From positions 1 to 59,791 of the IMG/VR virus record IMGVR_UViG_3300049846_002562: a stretch of 59,791 nt of DNA, one strand, 5' to 3'. Every line of letters starts with the position of its first letter. Position 1 is the stretch's first letter. Source of the stretch: a virus. Taxonomy: Duplodnaviria > Caudoviricetes. The notes below the pieces were generated by a model. That model was not told the DNA's origin. It saw only the letters and a list, made by a program, of their open reading frames with translations, and did not search any database. A program made the position numbers and the translations under genes. Positions 19,594-30,500 of this stretch are shown here, one piece after another.

Positions 19594-22182
19594 ATGGCCC
19601 GCGATTTCGATGATGTTCGCATCACGTTCTCGGGCAACGTCGAGTTAGCTCGGCAATACGTGTCTGAAGCCCGCAAGTATCTCGGCGGGCTGAAAGACGC
19701 CAACAACACAAACAGCGCATACCGTCACATTACAAACTCTGACGGTGTGCGCTTTTTTGTGGCCAATTACGTCGGGCAAAAACAGATCGAGATCTGGGCT
19801 CCCGGCGGTGAAACCGACGAAAAGTCAAAACTGTTCGTAATACAAGGGTACATGCTTGCGCCACGCACGTTAGCGTCGATTACTGCTTACAGCATAAACC
19901 CTTACACAATTTCAAGTCCTGCGCCTGGAAACGCTGCGCCGTGGAAAACATATTTTTACACAAATCCAGGCGCTTTAACGCCAAGTACGCATCCTACAAA
20001 CGCGTTTGTAGACACGTTTAAAACATACGAAACTGCGTTCTCAAATGCTACCGCTGCCGGTAACTCTTTTTCATCGCTCGTTTTTAACTCGATGTCTTGG
20101 AACAATGCTGACGAAGATCTGTTTGTGTACTGGTCTAACTTGAATTACATAAACAGCGGCAGCTTTAATAATTTGGGCACAGTGTACATAAACGGATCGT
20201 CTGTATTTAACATCAGCACATATTTAACCGAATACACTTCGCGCCGGCTTACTGGTATTTCTGCTGTGCGGACAGGCACCGGTCTTACTGTATACGGAAC
20301 CGCTGCTTGCTTTAGCTCTGGTGCAGGGTCAAACATTGTTCTTTTCCGCGCGACGCTCGTACCTACGACCGCCGAAGTTACCCGCTTGGCTAAACTTGAA
20401 AAGTCTTTAGCACCAGGAGAAAAGCTACAAGGGTATGCCAATGCGTACGTTGTTTCTGAAGCGCCAGTAATTCTTAAAGTGCATTCGATAAGCAACTCGT
20501 ACAATACGTATAGCGCATACGTTTTTAATCAAAGCGCAAACGAATGCCGTGGTATCCACACTGTTACAGTGTCTAACGTATTAACTGTCTACGAAACAGT
20601 TTTTGATCTGCGGCCGTATCTTATTAGCGGAAACGCGCTTGATATTACTGTTACGCAAACAGCTATTGCTACAGGCACTGGTACGCAAACTAATGTAAAA
20701 AATTACGACAGTACGTCTGTAGACGCTCGTACGAGCGACGTACGGATCCAGCTTGGTTGGGATCCGTACGTCATGCCCGATATAGATACGACGTATAGCT
20801 ATACAGAGTCAACAGCACCAATAGTTGAGTATTCGTATAAAACGTATGGTACCGGCAGCACGTATGACGTTTGTAATGGGTATACTCAAGACACTGCAGA
20901 TACGTTTACAGTCAGTTGGTTTAAAGCGTTTGTTGATTATATAAACGACGCGCCAGTGTACGGGTATATTAAGCCGCTTACAAAACAGCGCAACGACACG
21001 TCGCAGATACTTAATTATCCAACAGCGTCGGAAACAATAACAGCCGTGATGAATCTTACGTCATACGCTACAGGGACTGGCGTACCAAATGTTGTAAGCA
21101 CCTATCGCAGCAACACAAAAACGCACGTGCGAAACCCGTCTAATGTGTCGATAACTACCGATCGCGCTGACGAAGCGTTTGCGCTACGCTGCGACTATTA
21201 CGACGAAAACGGCGCTTTTGCTGGATATTGGACAGATTTAGTATACGTGACAGAAGAAAAACGTCGACGCACTGTTACTAGCAGTTATTCATCTACAAAA
21301 CTTACTGTAACGCAAGACACTACCGGCACGTATCCTAATCCCTGGGACGGCAATTCGTTTAATGCGTCGTACTCAGAAAACGTGTCTGCGCCGCTTGTAG
21401 ACAACTACACTGCAACAAAAACTATTGCAGTGCACCACATTAATTTACGTACAAAATCACTGGCGTTAACCGTCACAACCAGTAAAACGTCAAATTTAAA
21501 CTCTACAGCTTGCTCAGGGTCTGTCAGTATTACTGGCGTAGGTACGGCTACCATACCGTACGTGACTACTTCGCAAACTACTACAGAAACAAAACGACAG
21601 ACATTTATTATGCACGCCGGCACGACAGTGTTTCTTTCTTCAGAAGTCGTGTCTGCGTCTTCTACTCCTAGTCCGACAGTAACAAATAGCACTGTAAGTT
21701 TTCAATCACTTTCTGGAATTCAAACACAATATATGAGTGCGGCGTCACTTGTGCCGCAATTTTCCCGCGTCGTTTCGGCTGACGCTGCTGCACTCGATGC
21801 TTACGCAACTGCAAATACGCAGCCTACTTTGGAACCTACCTATCCATACACGCATGGTACGATTGGGCTGTCACCTGCTGATATTTCAACGTCTGTTGCG
21901 CGGTCTCCATTTTCAAACATTGTATCTCCGACTGTATCGTCGTGGCCTGGACTTAACAGCGAGCCGTCAAACACAGAAGCTATGGCTACCCGTGTAAATT
22001 CGTACGTAATTAACGGTTCGTATTACACAGGCATAAATACTCGCGCGCCTATACGCCTGACATCGCATAATGTGATAGGGTTTGCAGGTACAATTGACTA
22101 TATTACTGGCGCGCATACGTCACCGTTTTTTACGTCACCGTTTAATATTTCTGCAATAGCAGACGCTGTAAAAAAAGCATAA
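19594..22182 (+). CDS. Large Ser/Thr/Tyr-rich virion protein, possibly receptor-binding
   Basis: 862-aa ORF in the tail module. Codons are GC-rich in the N-terminus and AT-rich for the remainder. Confidence 0.55.
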   Translation: MARDFDDVRITFSGNVELARQYVSEARKYLGGLKDANNTNSAYRHITNSDGVRFFVANYVGQKQIEIWAPGGETDEKSKLFVIQGYMLAPRTLASITAYSINPYTISSPAPGNAAPWKTYFYTNPGALTPSTHPTNAFVDTFKTYETAFSNATAAGNSFSSLVFNSMSWNNADEDLFVYWSNLNYINSGSFNNLGTVYINGSSVFNISTYLTEYTSRRLTGISAVRTGTGLTVYGTAACFSSGAGSNIVLFRATLVPTTAEVTRLAKLEKSLAPGEKLQGYANAYVVSEAPVILKVHSISNSYNTYSAYVFNQSANECRGIHTVTVSNVLTVYETVFDLRPYLISGNALDITVTQTAIATGTGTQTNVKNYDSTSVDARTSDVRIQLGWDPYVMPDIDTTYSYTESTAPIVEYSYKTYGTGSTYDVCNGYTQDTADTFTVSWFKAFVDYINDAPVYGYIKPLTKQRNDTSQILNYPTASETITAVMNLTSYATGTGVPNVVSTYRSNTKTHVRNPSNVSITTDRADEAFALRCDYYDENGAFAGYWTDLVYVTEEKRRRTVTSSYSSTKLTVTQDTTGTYPNPWDGNSFNASYSENVSAPLVDNYTATKTIAVHHINLRTKSLALTVTTSKTSNLNSTACSGSVSITGVGTATIPYVTTSQTTTETKRQTFIMHAGTTVFLSSEVVSASSTPSPTVTNSTVSFQSLSGIQTQYMSAASLVPQFSRVVSADAAALDAYATANTQPTLEPTYPYTHGTIGLSPADISTSVARSPFSNIVSPTVSSWPGLNSEPSNTEAMATRVNSYVINGSYYTGINTRAPIRLTSHNVIGFAGTIDYITGAHTSPFFTSPFNISAIADAVKKA

Positions 22183-22197
22183 TCTACCGAGGGCTGT

Positions 22198-23301
22198 ATG
22201 GACGAAACTATCAACGAGCTGTTAAACCTTGATGAATCCGCTGTCGACGAGCAGATTACGATTTTGCGCGATCGGTACCAGCTCTCCGAAGCCACAGTCA
22301 CGCTGTTTGTCTATGCGCTTCAAGATACCGTCAATACTGACGACAGTCTGACCGCCACGGCAACGTATCTTGGCACCTGCCAAGAGCTGCTGCACCAGAT
22401 GGACAATCTGTCGGTGCTGTACGAAGCCACCGTGCCGGAACTGCTGAATATCACTCCCGCACTGACGGCGACATTGGTGCGCAGTGCCGCCCTGCTGAAC
22501 CAGCTCTACATGCTCGATCGGCCGTCTGCCGGTGTCGGATCGAGTGTGTCGGAGACGCTGGCGGTCATGGACGTGCTGACCCGGATCCAAGAGGGCGCGG
22601 TTCTGGACGAAGCCCAGATCAGCGAGCTGCTGCAAGAGCAGGTAGCGTTCTACCAAGCCCTGCTGGACACTGTGCTGATGTCCAGCGACCTGGCCGGTAT
22701 GGGCGTATTTCTGCTGCAGCTGGACGACACCATCCAGCTCGACGGGGAATTCCTGACCGTCACCAGCTTCTTTGGGGCGCTTGAAGAATCCCTGCACGTC
22801 TCCGTCAGCCTGTCGCTGGACGGCTTGCCGTATGTCGGCATGGCGCTGAACACCACCAACAAGAGCGTGACCGAATTCCGCCCCTACGCGTTCAACTCGC
22901 TGGGTACGCTTCGTGGCAAGGTTTACGGCGCGCGCTCGGACGGCCTGTATCTGCTGGAAGGCGCGGACGACGCCGGCACCGACATCGATGCCTACGTCCG
23001 TACCGCCCTGACCCGGATCGCTGGCGGCCGGAATGCCCATGTCGACTCGGCCTATTTGGGCTACAGCGCCGACGGCCAGATGCAGATCAAGGTCATTACC
23101 ACCGAAGCCACCGGCAGCAAAACCAGCCGGGTCTATCAATTAAATGCCCAAAATGCCGACACAAACCGCGCCGGACGCATTAAGATTGGCAAAGGTGTGC
23201 AGTCGGTCTACTGGGCGTTTGAGCTGAGCAACGTGCTGGGGTCGGACTTCACCATCGATGTCATTGAACTGCGCGTTTTGGCGCTCTCCCGACGGGTGTA
23301 A
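22198..23301 (+). CDS. Virion structural protein
   Basis: Acidic repetitive N-terminus and beta-rich C-terminus, in the tail module. Confidence 0.55.
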   Translation: MDETINELLNLDESAVDEQITILRDRYQLSEATVTLFVYALQDTVNTDDSLTATATYLGTCQELLHQMDNLSVLYEATVPELLNITPALTATLVRSAALLNQLYMLDRPSAGVGSSVSETLAVMDVLTRIQEGAVLDEAQISELLQEQVAFYQALLDTVLMSSDLAGMGVFLLQLDDTIQLDGEFLTVTSFFGALEESLHVSVSLSLDGLPYVGMALNTTNKSVTEFRPYAFNSLGTLRGKVYGARSDGLYLLEGADDAGTDIDAYVRTALTRIAGGRNAHVDSAYLGYSADGQMQIKVITTEATGSKTSRVYQLNAQNADTNRAGRIKIGKGVQSVYWAFELSNVLGSDFTIDVIELRVLALSRRV

Positions 23302-23303
23302 AT

Positions 23304-25205
23304 ATGCCAGGATCTTTCCAAAATCGCTGTAACTCCATCGAAACCGATCCGGCGCTGGCATTTGTCTCCGCCGGCTGGGACACCTTCAGTCAGTACGCGG
23401 CAGACGGCTATTCGCTGGCTGTCGAGCAGACCGGCAAACTGAACGACTTCAACGTCGACTACATCACGTGGAATGCCCAGTTTGAAGCTGACGGCGTGCT
23501 GGGCGGCTTTATCCGGCCGACCCGCCCGGACATCCCGGAAATGGTCATCCCCGACCTGACGGTCAACATTCCGGCTGCGCCGTCCGTGGACACCGCCCCG
23601 ATCGTCATTGGCGACGCACCGGCCGAACCGGCCGACCTGTTGAACCCGCCGGTTATCAACGTCCCGGCCGCGCCCGGTGAATTCACCGTGGCCAGCCCGG
23701 GCGATGCCCCGACCATGGACGTGTTCACCCTGCCGGAAGCGCCGGCGCTGGAAAGCATTCTGCCCCCGTCGTTGGTCTCGATTCTGGTGCCGGATGCCCC
23801 GAACATCGTCATTGACCAGTTTGCCGAGCCGCTGCCCATCTTTGAGGGCACCGCCCCGTCTGGGCAGTTTGACTTCACCGAGCGCCCGTACGAGTCCGAC
23901 TTTCTGGACGAAATTAAGGCCAAGCTTCAGCATTGGATCGCCACCGACGGCCGCGTCCCCATGGCGCTGTCCGACGCGCTGTGGGGCAAAGCCGCCAGCC
24001 GCGCTGACGAAACCGACCTGAAACTGCACCAAGAAGCCCGCGACGCTTTCGGCGCCCGTGGCTGGAGCGAGCCCAACGGCATTCTGCGGGATACCTTGCT
24101 GCAGGTGCAGCAGCAGAACCGCAATGCCCGCATGGGCCTGGTCCGCGACGTCTACATCCAAGAAGAAACCCTGGCGATCGAGAACCTGAAATTCGCCATC
24201 CAGCAGGGTCTGCAGCTGGAAACAACGTACCTGCAGGCTTGGTTGACCGTTGAACAGCGCCGGTTTGAAGTGGTCAAAGCCGCTTCCGACCTGACCATCG
24301 CCGTATTCAACGTCCAAGTCCAGCAGTACAACGTCGCTATCGCCGGTTACAACGCCCGGGTCGATGCATACAAAGCCTATCTGGACACCCTGCGCACGCA
24401 GGTGGCGGTTTATGAAGCCGAAGTCAGCGCCGCCCGGGTCAAGGGTGAACTGAATACCCAGCTGGTGCAGGCCTATGCCGCCCAGATCCAAGCGCAAGGC
24501 TATTACGCCGACCTGTACCGTAGCCAGATCGAGGGTTTCAAAGCCCGGATTGATGGCGAAAAGGCCAAAATCGACGGCTACCGCAGCGAAGTAGAAGCCT
24601 ACCAAGCCCGCGTGCAGGCCTATGGCCAAGAGTGGGATGCGTACAACAGCCGCCTGCAGGCTGAAGTCCAGAAAGGCCAGCTGTACGGCGTCATGGTCGA
24701 CGCCTACGGTAAGCGCGTGCAGGTGTGGCAGACCCAAGCCGGCGTCAAGATCCAAGAGAACCAAGCCAACCTGGCCACGATTCAAGCCCGCCTGCAACAG
24801 TACGACGCGCAAGTCCGCGGTGTGCTGGCTCGGCTGGAAGCGGCCAAAATCAGCATCGATGCCCAAGCCAGCCGAAACAATTCGCTGGTGCAGGTCTACA
24901 GCACCGACGCCACCGTAGAGTCCACGGCGGTCGACGCTGACACCCGCGTGTTCCAAGCCCAGACCGAGCGCGAACGCGCCAAGCTGGAACTGCTCTTTAA
25001 AGATGCGGAACTTCAGATCACGCAGATCAACCAGCGTGCTAGTCTGTTGCTGCGTGCGTACGAGTCCGCTGCCCAGTCCAGCTCGCAATTGGCAGCATCG
25101 GCTTTCAGCGCAATGAACTTCTCGGCTGGCTTAAGCAGCAGCCAAGGCAAGAGCCAATCGTGTTCGACAAGCTTCAGCTTCTCGGGCGAAATTGCAGATT
25201 CGTAA
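23304..25205 (+). CDS. Virion structural protein (Pro-rich segment and long coiled coil)
   Basis: 633 aa, with a Pro-rich segment followed by Tyr/Ala/Gln periodic helical repeats. Confidence 0.6.
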   Translation: MPGSFQNRCNSIETDPALAFVSAGWDTFSQYAADGYSLAVEQTGKLNDFNVDYITWNAQFEADGVLGGFIRPTRPDIPEMVIPDLTVNIPAAPSVDTAPIVIGDAPAEPADLLNPPVINVPAAPGEFTVASPGDAPTMDVFTLPEAPALESILPPSLVSILVPDAPNIVIDQFAEPLPIFEGTAPSGQFDFTERPYESDFLDEIKAKLQHWIATDGRVPMALSDALWGKAASRADETDLKLHQEARDAFGARGWSEPNGILRDTLLQVQQQNRNARMGLVRDVYIQEETLAIENLKFAIQQGLQLETTYLQAWLTVEQRRFEVVKAASDLTIAVFNVQVQQYNVAIAGYNARVDAYKAYLDTLRTQVAVYEAEVSAARVKGELNTQLVQAYAAQIQAQGYYADLYRSQIEGFKARIDGEKAKIDGYRSEVEAYQARVQAYGQEWDAYNSRLQAEVQKGQLYGVMVDAYGKRVQVWQTQAGVKIQENQANLATIQARLQQYDAQVRGVLARLEAAKISIDAQASRNNSLVQVYSTDATVESTAVDADTRVFQAQTERERAKLELLFKDAELQITQINQRASLLLRAYESAAQSSSQLAASAFSAMNFSAGLSSSQGKSQSCSTSFSFSGEIADS

Positions 25206-25215
25206 GGAGAGCTTT

Positions 25216-26361
25216 ATGGCCGACTATCTCAACCGACGCGTTCCCACTACTGCCGAAATCAATGCCGGCATTACCCAATTCAACAATGCGCAACAGCGTA
25301 AACCTGGCGCAACATTCAACATATCAAAAGATCTGTACGGTCCAGCTGTTGGCCCTGCGCCGGTGACGGGGCTTGGGTCATTTAATACCCGCCCCGCCGC
25401 GACACGTCCGCGTCCGCGTCCGAAGCCTGCTGCTGCAGCTACTGCGGCTGCTCCCGTTGCCGCAGCTCCGGCCGCTGCTGCTCCCGCAGCTAAACCCGCT
25501 GCGGCATCCCCTTGGTCGGCAGGTAATCTTTGGGGAGACGCCAAAGACTTGGCAATTTTGGGTGGCGGTGCTTTAGCGCTTCCGGCCGCAGCTACGGGCG
25601 ACTTGCTTGCGCAAGGCGCAACGTACGCGCTTGGCGGCGACCCAGACACATTGGAAGGCGGCCGTTGGGCTGCCAGCGAAGCCGTACGCGGTGCCATGGG
25701 TGACGCGTGGAGTCGTGGAAGCGACCGCGCCAGCGCTCAAAATGCCAGTTTGCTGCGCATGATTGGTGCAAAACCAGCGGTTGATCCGAACCAAGTCGCT
25801 GCTGAAGCTGGTGCTGCGCAAGCCCGTAAACGCCGTGAAGCTATGGCGGCAAATACGGCTGCCGCACCTGCTACTGCGGCTGCTGCGCCTGCTGCTGCCA
25901 AACCTGCCGTGACTGCGCCTGCAGCGCCGCAAGTTGATTGGCGCGGGGCTACTCCGCAAGGAAAAGTCACCAACAACGGAAGCTATTACATTGGCGGCGA
26001 CGGCGTTAAACGCATGATCTCCTGGGACGAAAAAGGAAATCTTGGTCGGCAGGTTGTACCTACTACGGCTGAAGAAAATGCAACGTATCAACGTGGTTTA
26101 CAAGAGCAAACACTTGCGCGTAAACAACAGTCGGAAGCCGAAGCACTTGACCCAACATCGCGGTATGCTGCGCGTAAAGCTGCAGAAGAAGCGCAGCTTA
26201 TGCAAACGATGCGCGATCAAAAACTCGATTATGGTGTCCGCGGAACAACTTTCGTAGACGGCGTGCAGTATACAAATACCAATCAAAAAGGCTGGATTTC
26301 TGCAGACGGTACAACGCTTGACGAATACAAAGCAAAACGCGCTGCGCGAAACAATTTTTAA
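25216..26361 (+). CDS. Internal virion/ejection protein 1
   Basis: AAGGAG RBS before the ATG at 25216, Ala/Pro-rich, no Cys. Confidence 0.55.
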   Translation: MADYLNRRVPTTAEINAGITQFNNAQQRKPGATFNISKDLYGPAVGPAPVTGLGSFNTRPAATRPRPRPKPAAAATAAAPVAAAPAAAAPAAKPAAASPWSAGNLWGDAKDLAILGGGALALPAAATGDLLAQGATYALGGDPDTLEGGRWAASEAVRGAMGDAWSRGSDRASAQNASLLRMIGAKPAVDPNQVAAEAGAAQARKRREAMAANTAAAPATAAAAPAAAKPAVTAPAAPQVDWRGATPQGKVTNNGSYYIGGDGVKRMISWDEKGNLGRQVVPTTAEENATYQRGLQEQTLARKQQSEAEALDPTSRYAARKAAEEAQLMQTMRDQKLDYGVRGTTFVDGVQYTNTNQKGWISADGTTLDEYKAKRAARNNF

Positions 26362-26372
26362 GGAGACACCCA

Positions 26373-27515
26373 ATGGTTATGTCCGTTCGTAAAGGCGCTA
26401 CCCAAGAAGAAATGGCTGCTGCCGTCAACATGCCCCCGGCTCCGCCCCCGGCCGATCCGCGCCAAGTTGCTGCTTACGACGCCGGTACCGCTACTGCCGG
26501 CGTTGCCGCAGGTGCGCGCTTGGCTCGCCAAGACCCCAGCATGTTCGCCATGGGCGGTGACGGTGCTGTGCGTCGTGAAGCCCCTGCTTACCGTCAGTCC
26601 AACATTGCCGGCGGCTTGAACCGTGACGAGTTGGTGCGCCGTATGGAAATGGCGGCAAGCTCGATGCGCGGGTCTCCGTCGGCGCGTGCGGCCGTCATGG
26701 GCGTTTACGCCGACCAGATCAAAGCGCTCGACCAGGGTGAACTGGCCAAAAACCAAGGCAACATCGACACCGACCAGTTGGCGCTCAAAACCAACATGGA
26801 CGCCAACATGCAGCAGGCGGCCGGCAAGCAGGCGTTTGGCAACGACATGGGCGTGCTGAACCGCAAAGGCGTGCTCGATATGCAGGTTGCCCAAGCCAGT
26901 GCTGACCCGATTAAGAACTACTGGGACAACAAGCTGAAAGAAGCACAAGCTCGTAAAATCAATTTTGACATCGCAACCGGCAGCGATCGGTATGACGTGA
27001 ACGCCAAAGCCGAAGCAGACAAAGCGTTGAACGTTTATATCGACCAGCTTGTAAAAGCCGGCGTTCCCCCAGAACTTGCGCTAGCAAAAGCCGGCCGTGA
27101 CGCGCTTAACAGGGGCGACCTGAACTCGACACAGTCTGAGCAGACGTACAAAGCAGACTCCATGATGCTGGCCGACTCGTTCAACAATACCGGCTGGGGC
27201 GGTATCTGGGCCGACAACAACGACCTGCAGGCCGGCGGTTTGGCCCCAGGAACTCAGCTCGACCCGTTCAGCGTCAAATTTGATACCACCGGCGGTAGCG
27301 GCAATCTGTACAACGACTACATTGCCAACTGGATGCCGTTTACTGAAAAAGATCAGCGGATGGTTTACACTGACCCGAAGACCGGCAAACAATTGGAAGC
27401 GTGGCTTGACTTGTCGGAATCGCGGGACAAACAGATATACGACGCGTTCAGTACCTACAGCAACAACCCGGATGCTGAAAAAATGCGCCGTAAGATTCTC
27501 GAAAAATACAAGTAA
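26373..27515 (+). CDS. Internal virion/ejection protein 2
   Basis: AAGGAG RBS, Ala/Gln-rich helical composition, no Cys. Confidence 0.55.
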   Translation: MVMSVRKGATQEEMAAAVNMPPAPPPADPRQVAAYDAGTATAGVAAGARLARQDPSMFAMGGDGAVRREAPAYRQSNIAGGLNRDELVRRMEMAASSMRGSPSARAAVMGVYADQIKALDQGELAKNQGNIDTDQLALKTNMDANMQQAAGKQAFGNDMGVLNRKGVLDMQVAQASADPIKNYWDNKLKEAQARKINFDIATGSDRYDVNAKAEADKALNVYIDQLVKAGVPPELALAKAGRDALNRGDLNSTQSEQTYKADSMMLADSFNNTGWGGIWADNNDLQAGGLAPGTQLDPFSVKFDTTGGSGNLYNDYIANWMPFTEKDQRMVYTDPKTGKQLEAWLDLSESRDKQIYDAFSTYSNNPDAEKMRRKILEKYK

Positions 27516-27534
27516 TCCATAAGGTATCGACAAC

Positions 27535-30500
27535 ATGGCAGACTTTCTCCAGCGGTATGCGGGTAACATCGACCCAAACGATGAATCGATACCGCAGTCC
27601 ATCCGCGATAAGCTGACTGGAGCCAACATTCCTGGCGTTCACGTCGGCGACGCGCTCGATGCCCGTATCGGCGATCGTAGCTGGGGGCAGAAAACTGCCA
27701 GTGGCGTTACCCAAGAGCTGCTTGGGCAGCGCCACCTTGCTTTGGGGCTGGGCAATTATCTGCTGGGCGACCAAGACGCCGCTGTCGCACGCCTGAAGCG
27801 CTGGGAAGAAAACAACCAGCGCGTCAATGAAATTGCACCCGAATTTAAAGACTTTGAGCAGATCAAAGACTTCCAATCCGGTGCCAGCGTGCTGGGTTAC
27901 CAGCTGGCTAAACTGGCGCCCGACGCCATTCTTGGTCTGGGTATTGGCGCGATCGGCAAAAAAGGTGCGACTGCTGCTGCCGAAGCGGCCGCTGTTGAAG
28001 CTGCCGCCCGGGTACTTGCAACGTCTGCCGCTAAAAAAGAAGCGCTGGTCATTGCCGAAAAGCAAGGACTGGATGCGCTGAAAGAGACGGCCGGATACAA
28101 AGCCGCCGACGCCGCCAAGCGGACTGCCATGGAACAAGGCCGTCTGCAGCAGGTTCGTGAAACTGCAAAAGACGGTTTGTTGGCCGAAGCCCGCAAAAAA
28201 CTGTCGCCGGAAGCGGTAAAAGCCATCGGCAAGCGCGGCGACCTTGGGTTTGCCATTGGCGCAACCGTTGGTAGTATTCCGTCGAACCTGCAAGACCAAG
28301 GCCAGTTTATGCTGGAACGGCCGGATCTGACGCGCGAAGAAGCGCTGAAACTCCTGGCCGGCACCACGGCGTCAGCCAGCACCGACTTCATTCCGTTGGC
28401 CGGCTGGCTCAACCGCTTCTCAAAAAAAGGCGTCGAAGCTGCCCGCAAAGCGGACGAGCTGTTCACTCCGCGGTTTGTCAAAGCCGTCGTGAAACAAGCC
28501 GGCGCAGAAGGCGGTCAAGAAGCCGTGCAGGCTATGATTACGCGTCAGTCCCAAAACTGGGTCGACGAAAACATCAATATGTTCGACCAAGAAGCCATGC
28601 AGGAATACTTCATGAACTTCGTGGCCGGTGGTCTGCTCGGCGGTACCATGGGCGGTGCCGGCGAGATCGGCAGCACGACCAGTAATGCAATCGGCAACCT
28701 GTTCAAAGCGTCGTTCAAAAAAATGGAAGCCGCCCGACTCGATCGGGAAAACGCACGTGCGCAAGCTGAGCGCGATCCGAACACCATCAATGTCCCGCCC
28801 GGGGGCTTTTCATCGGCTGATCCAACCAGCGGTACTCAAGCCGCTGCCGCTGCTGCCCAAGCCAGTGGCCGAACGCTGAATCCGCAAGCCGCGGCCGTAC
28901 TCAACGGCGACGCCCCGCAGTCCGGCGACCTGGGCAGCCAGATCAAATTCAGCCAGCGCATTGACGAGCAAAGCACGGACTTGCTGACTGAGTGGCAAAA
29001 CCGCGTTGCTGCGTATCGGACTGGCGGCGTCAATGCCGCCGCGCAAGGATACGACGCCGGCGTTACCGACGTGTTGTTTCCTGTAGGCATTCGTCTGGGC
29101 GAAGAAAGCCTGCCGTTTGCCAATATCGCTGCAGGGTTTGGTTTTACCAACACCAATAAAACGTCTGAACAGCTGAAAGCCGACCCTTTGTACATCTACG
29201 GCATGCGCGCGCTTGAAAAAATCATGCGTTTTGGCATGGACAGCACCGCAGTCACCAAAGAAGACAAAGAGTATTACGCCGACCTTGTCAGTATGTCAGC
29301 AGAACCGTGGCGGTTTTCGGTAGTCACTGCGCTCCGCGACTTGAACCCGACTTTGCACGCTGAAACTCTGGCCGGAATCGACGACCGTTTGGCTGCGCTC
29401 AAGCAGCAGACGCAGAAAGAAGACTTCAACCTTGCTGAGTCCATGGGTGTCAGCCGTGACGAAATCGCCAACGTCACCGGCCAGCTCGATCCAGAAGGAA
29501 CGGAAGGTGGTCCTGAAGGGGCTGGCGCAAATCCTGACGCCATGGCGCTGACGACCAATCAGCGTACGTCCATGCTTGACCGCGATGTGACTTCGGAAAA
29601 CCGTGCCAATGCCCTGGCTTATTTGTTGAACGGCCGAAAACGTGCGTTTGACGACGGTACTGAAGACAAATCCCGCCCGCTGGGTGCTGGCGAGATCCTG
29701 ACCCGTGAGGAATTTGAGCCGGCGCTGGTCGAAGCTTTGAAAGACCCTGCAGTCATCGCGCAGCTGGGCGGCCGCGATGCCGCCATTGGCGCGTACGAGC
29801 GCTTGCAGCAGATGCTTGAGGAAAAAGCCCGCTTGATGCAGGGCAGCTATCGCCGTGAAGACGGCACACCGACCAATACGCAAGAGCGCGTCAAGCAGCT
29901 GAACAAACGCTTTGAAGCCCAAGTCATCCAAAACAAAACGCTCGATGCGTTGGCCAATATCATCCGCGCTCGGGTCATGGCTGCAGCAGATGCCAAAACC
30001 CGCGCTGAAGTGTCCGCAAATAGCGGCGTGTTCCCGAACTACAATCAAGTTGCTTTTGACGAGCGTAAAAACAACGAGACTGAAAACTCCGCATACGCTG
30101 TGTCTGACGAGCGTAACCTGATCGACCTGGGTAGCCAGATGGCACGGTTTATCTCGTCGGCTGACGGTAAAGAAGAACGCGCCGGTAAAAAGTCCGGTGC
30201 AAACGCGATTCAGCAACAGCTTGCGCTGCTGGCGCAGTTGTCAACTAATCCGCAGTTGCCGATCGATCTCGACACCGTGCCTTGGGGTAAGAAATTCACC
30301 ATCAAACGTTTTGGTGACCGTGAGTTTGTATTCAACAAAAAGCCGGACAATTTCGACACGTTTGTCGAACCTGCCCGCAAAAAAGGCGAGAACGATCTTG
30401 CGTACGCAAAGCGTACTAAGTTTCTGCGCGACAAGCACGAAGCCAATCAGCGCAAAATGGTCGCTGAAAGCCTTGCTGCGTTTGTAGCCAAGTACGGCAA

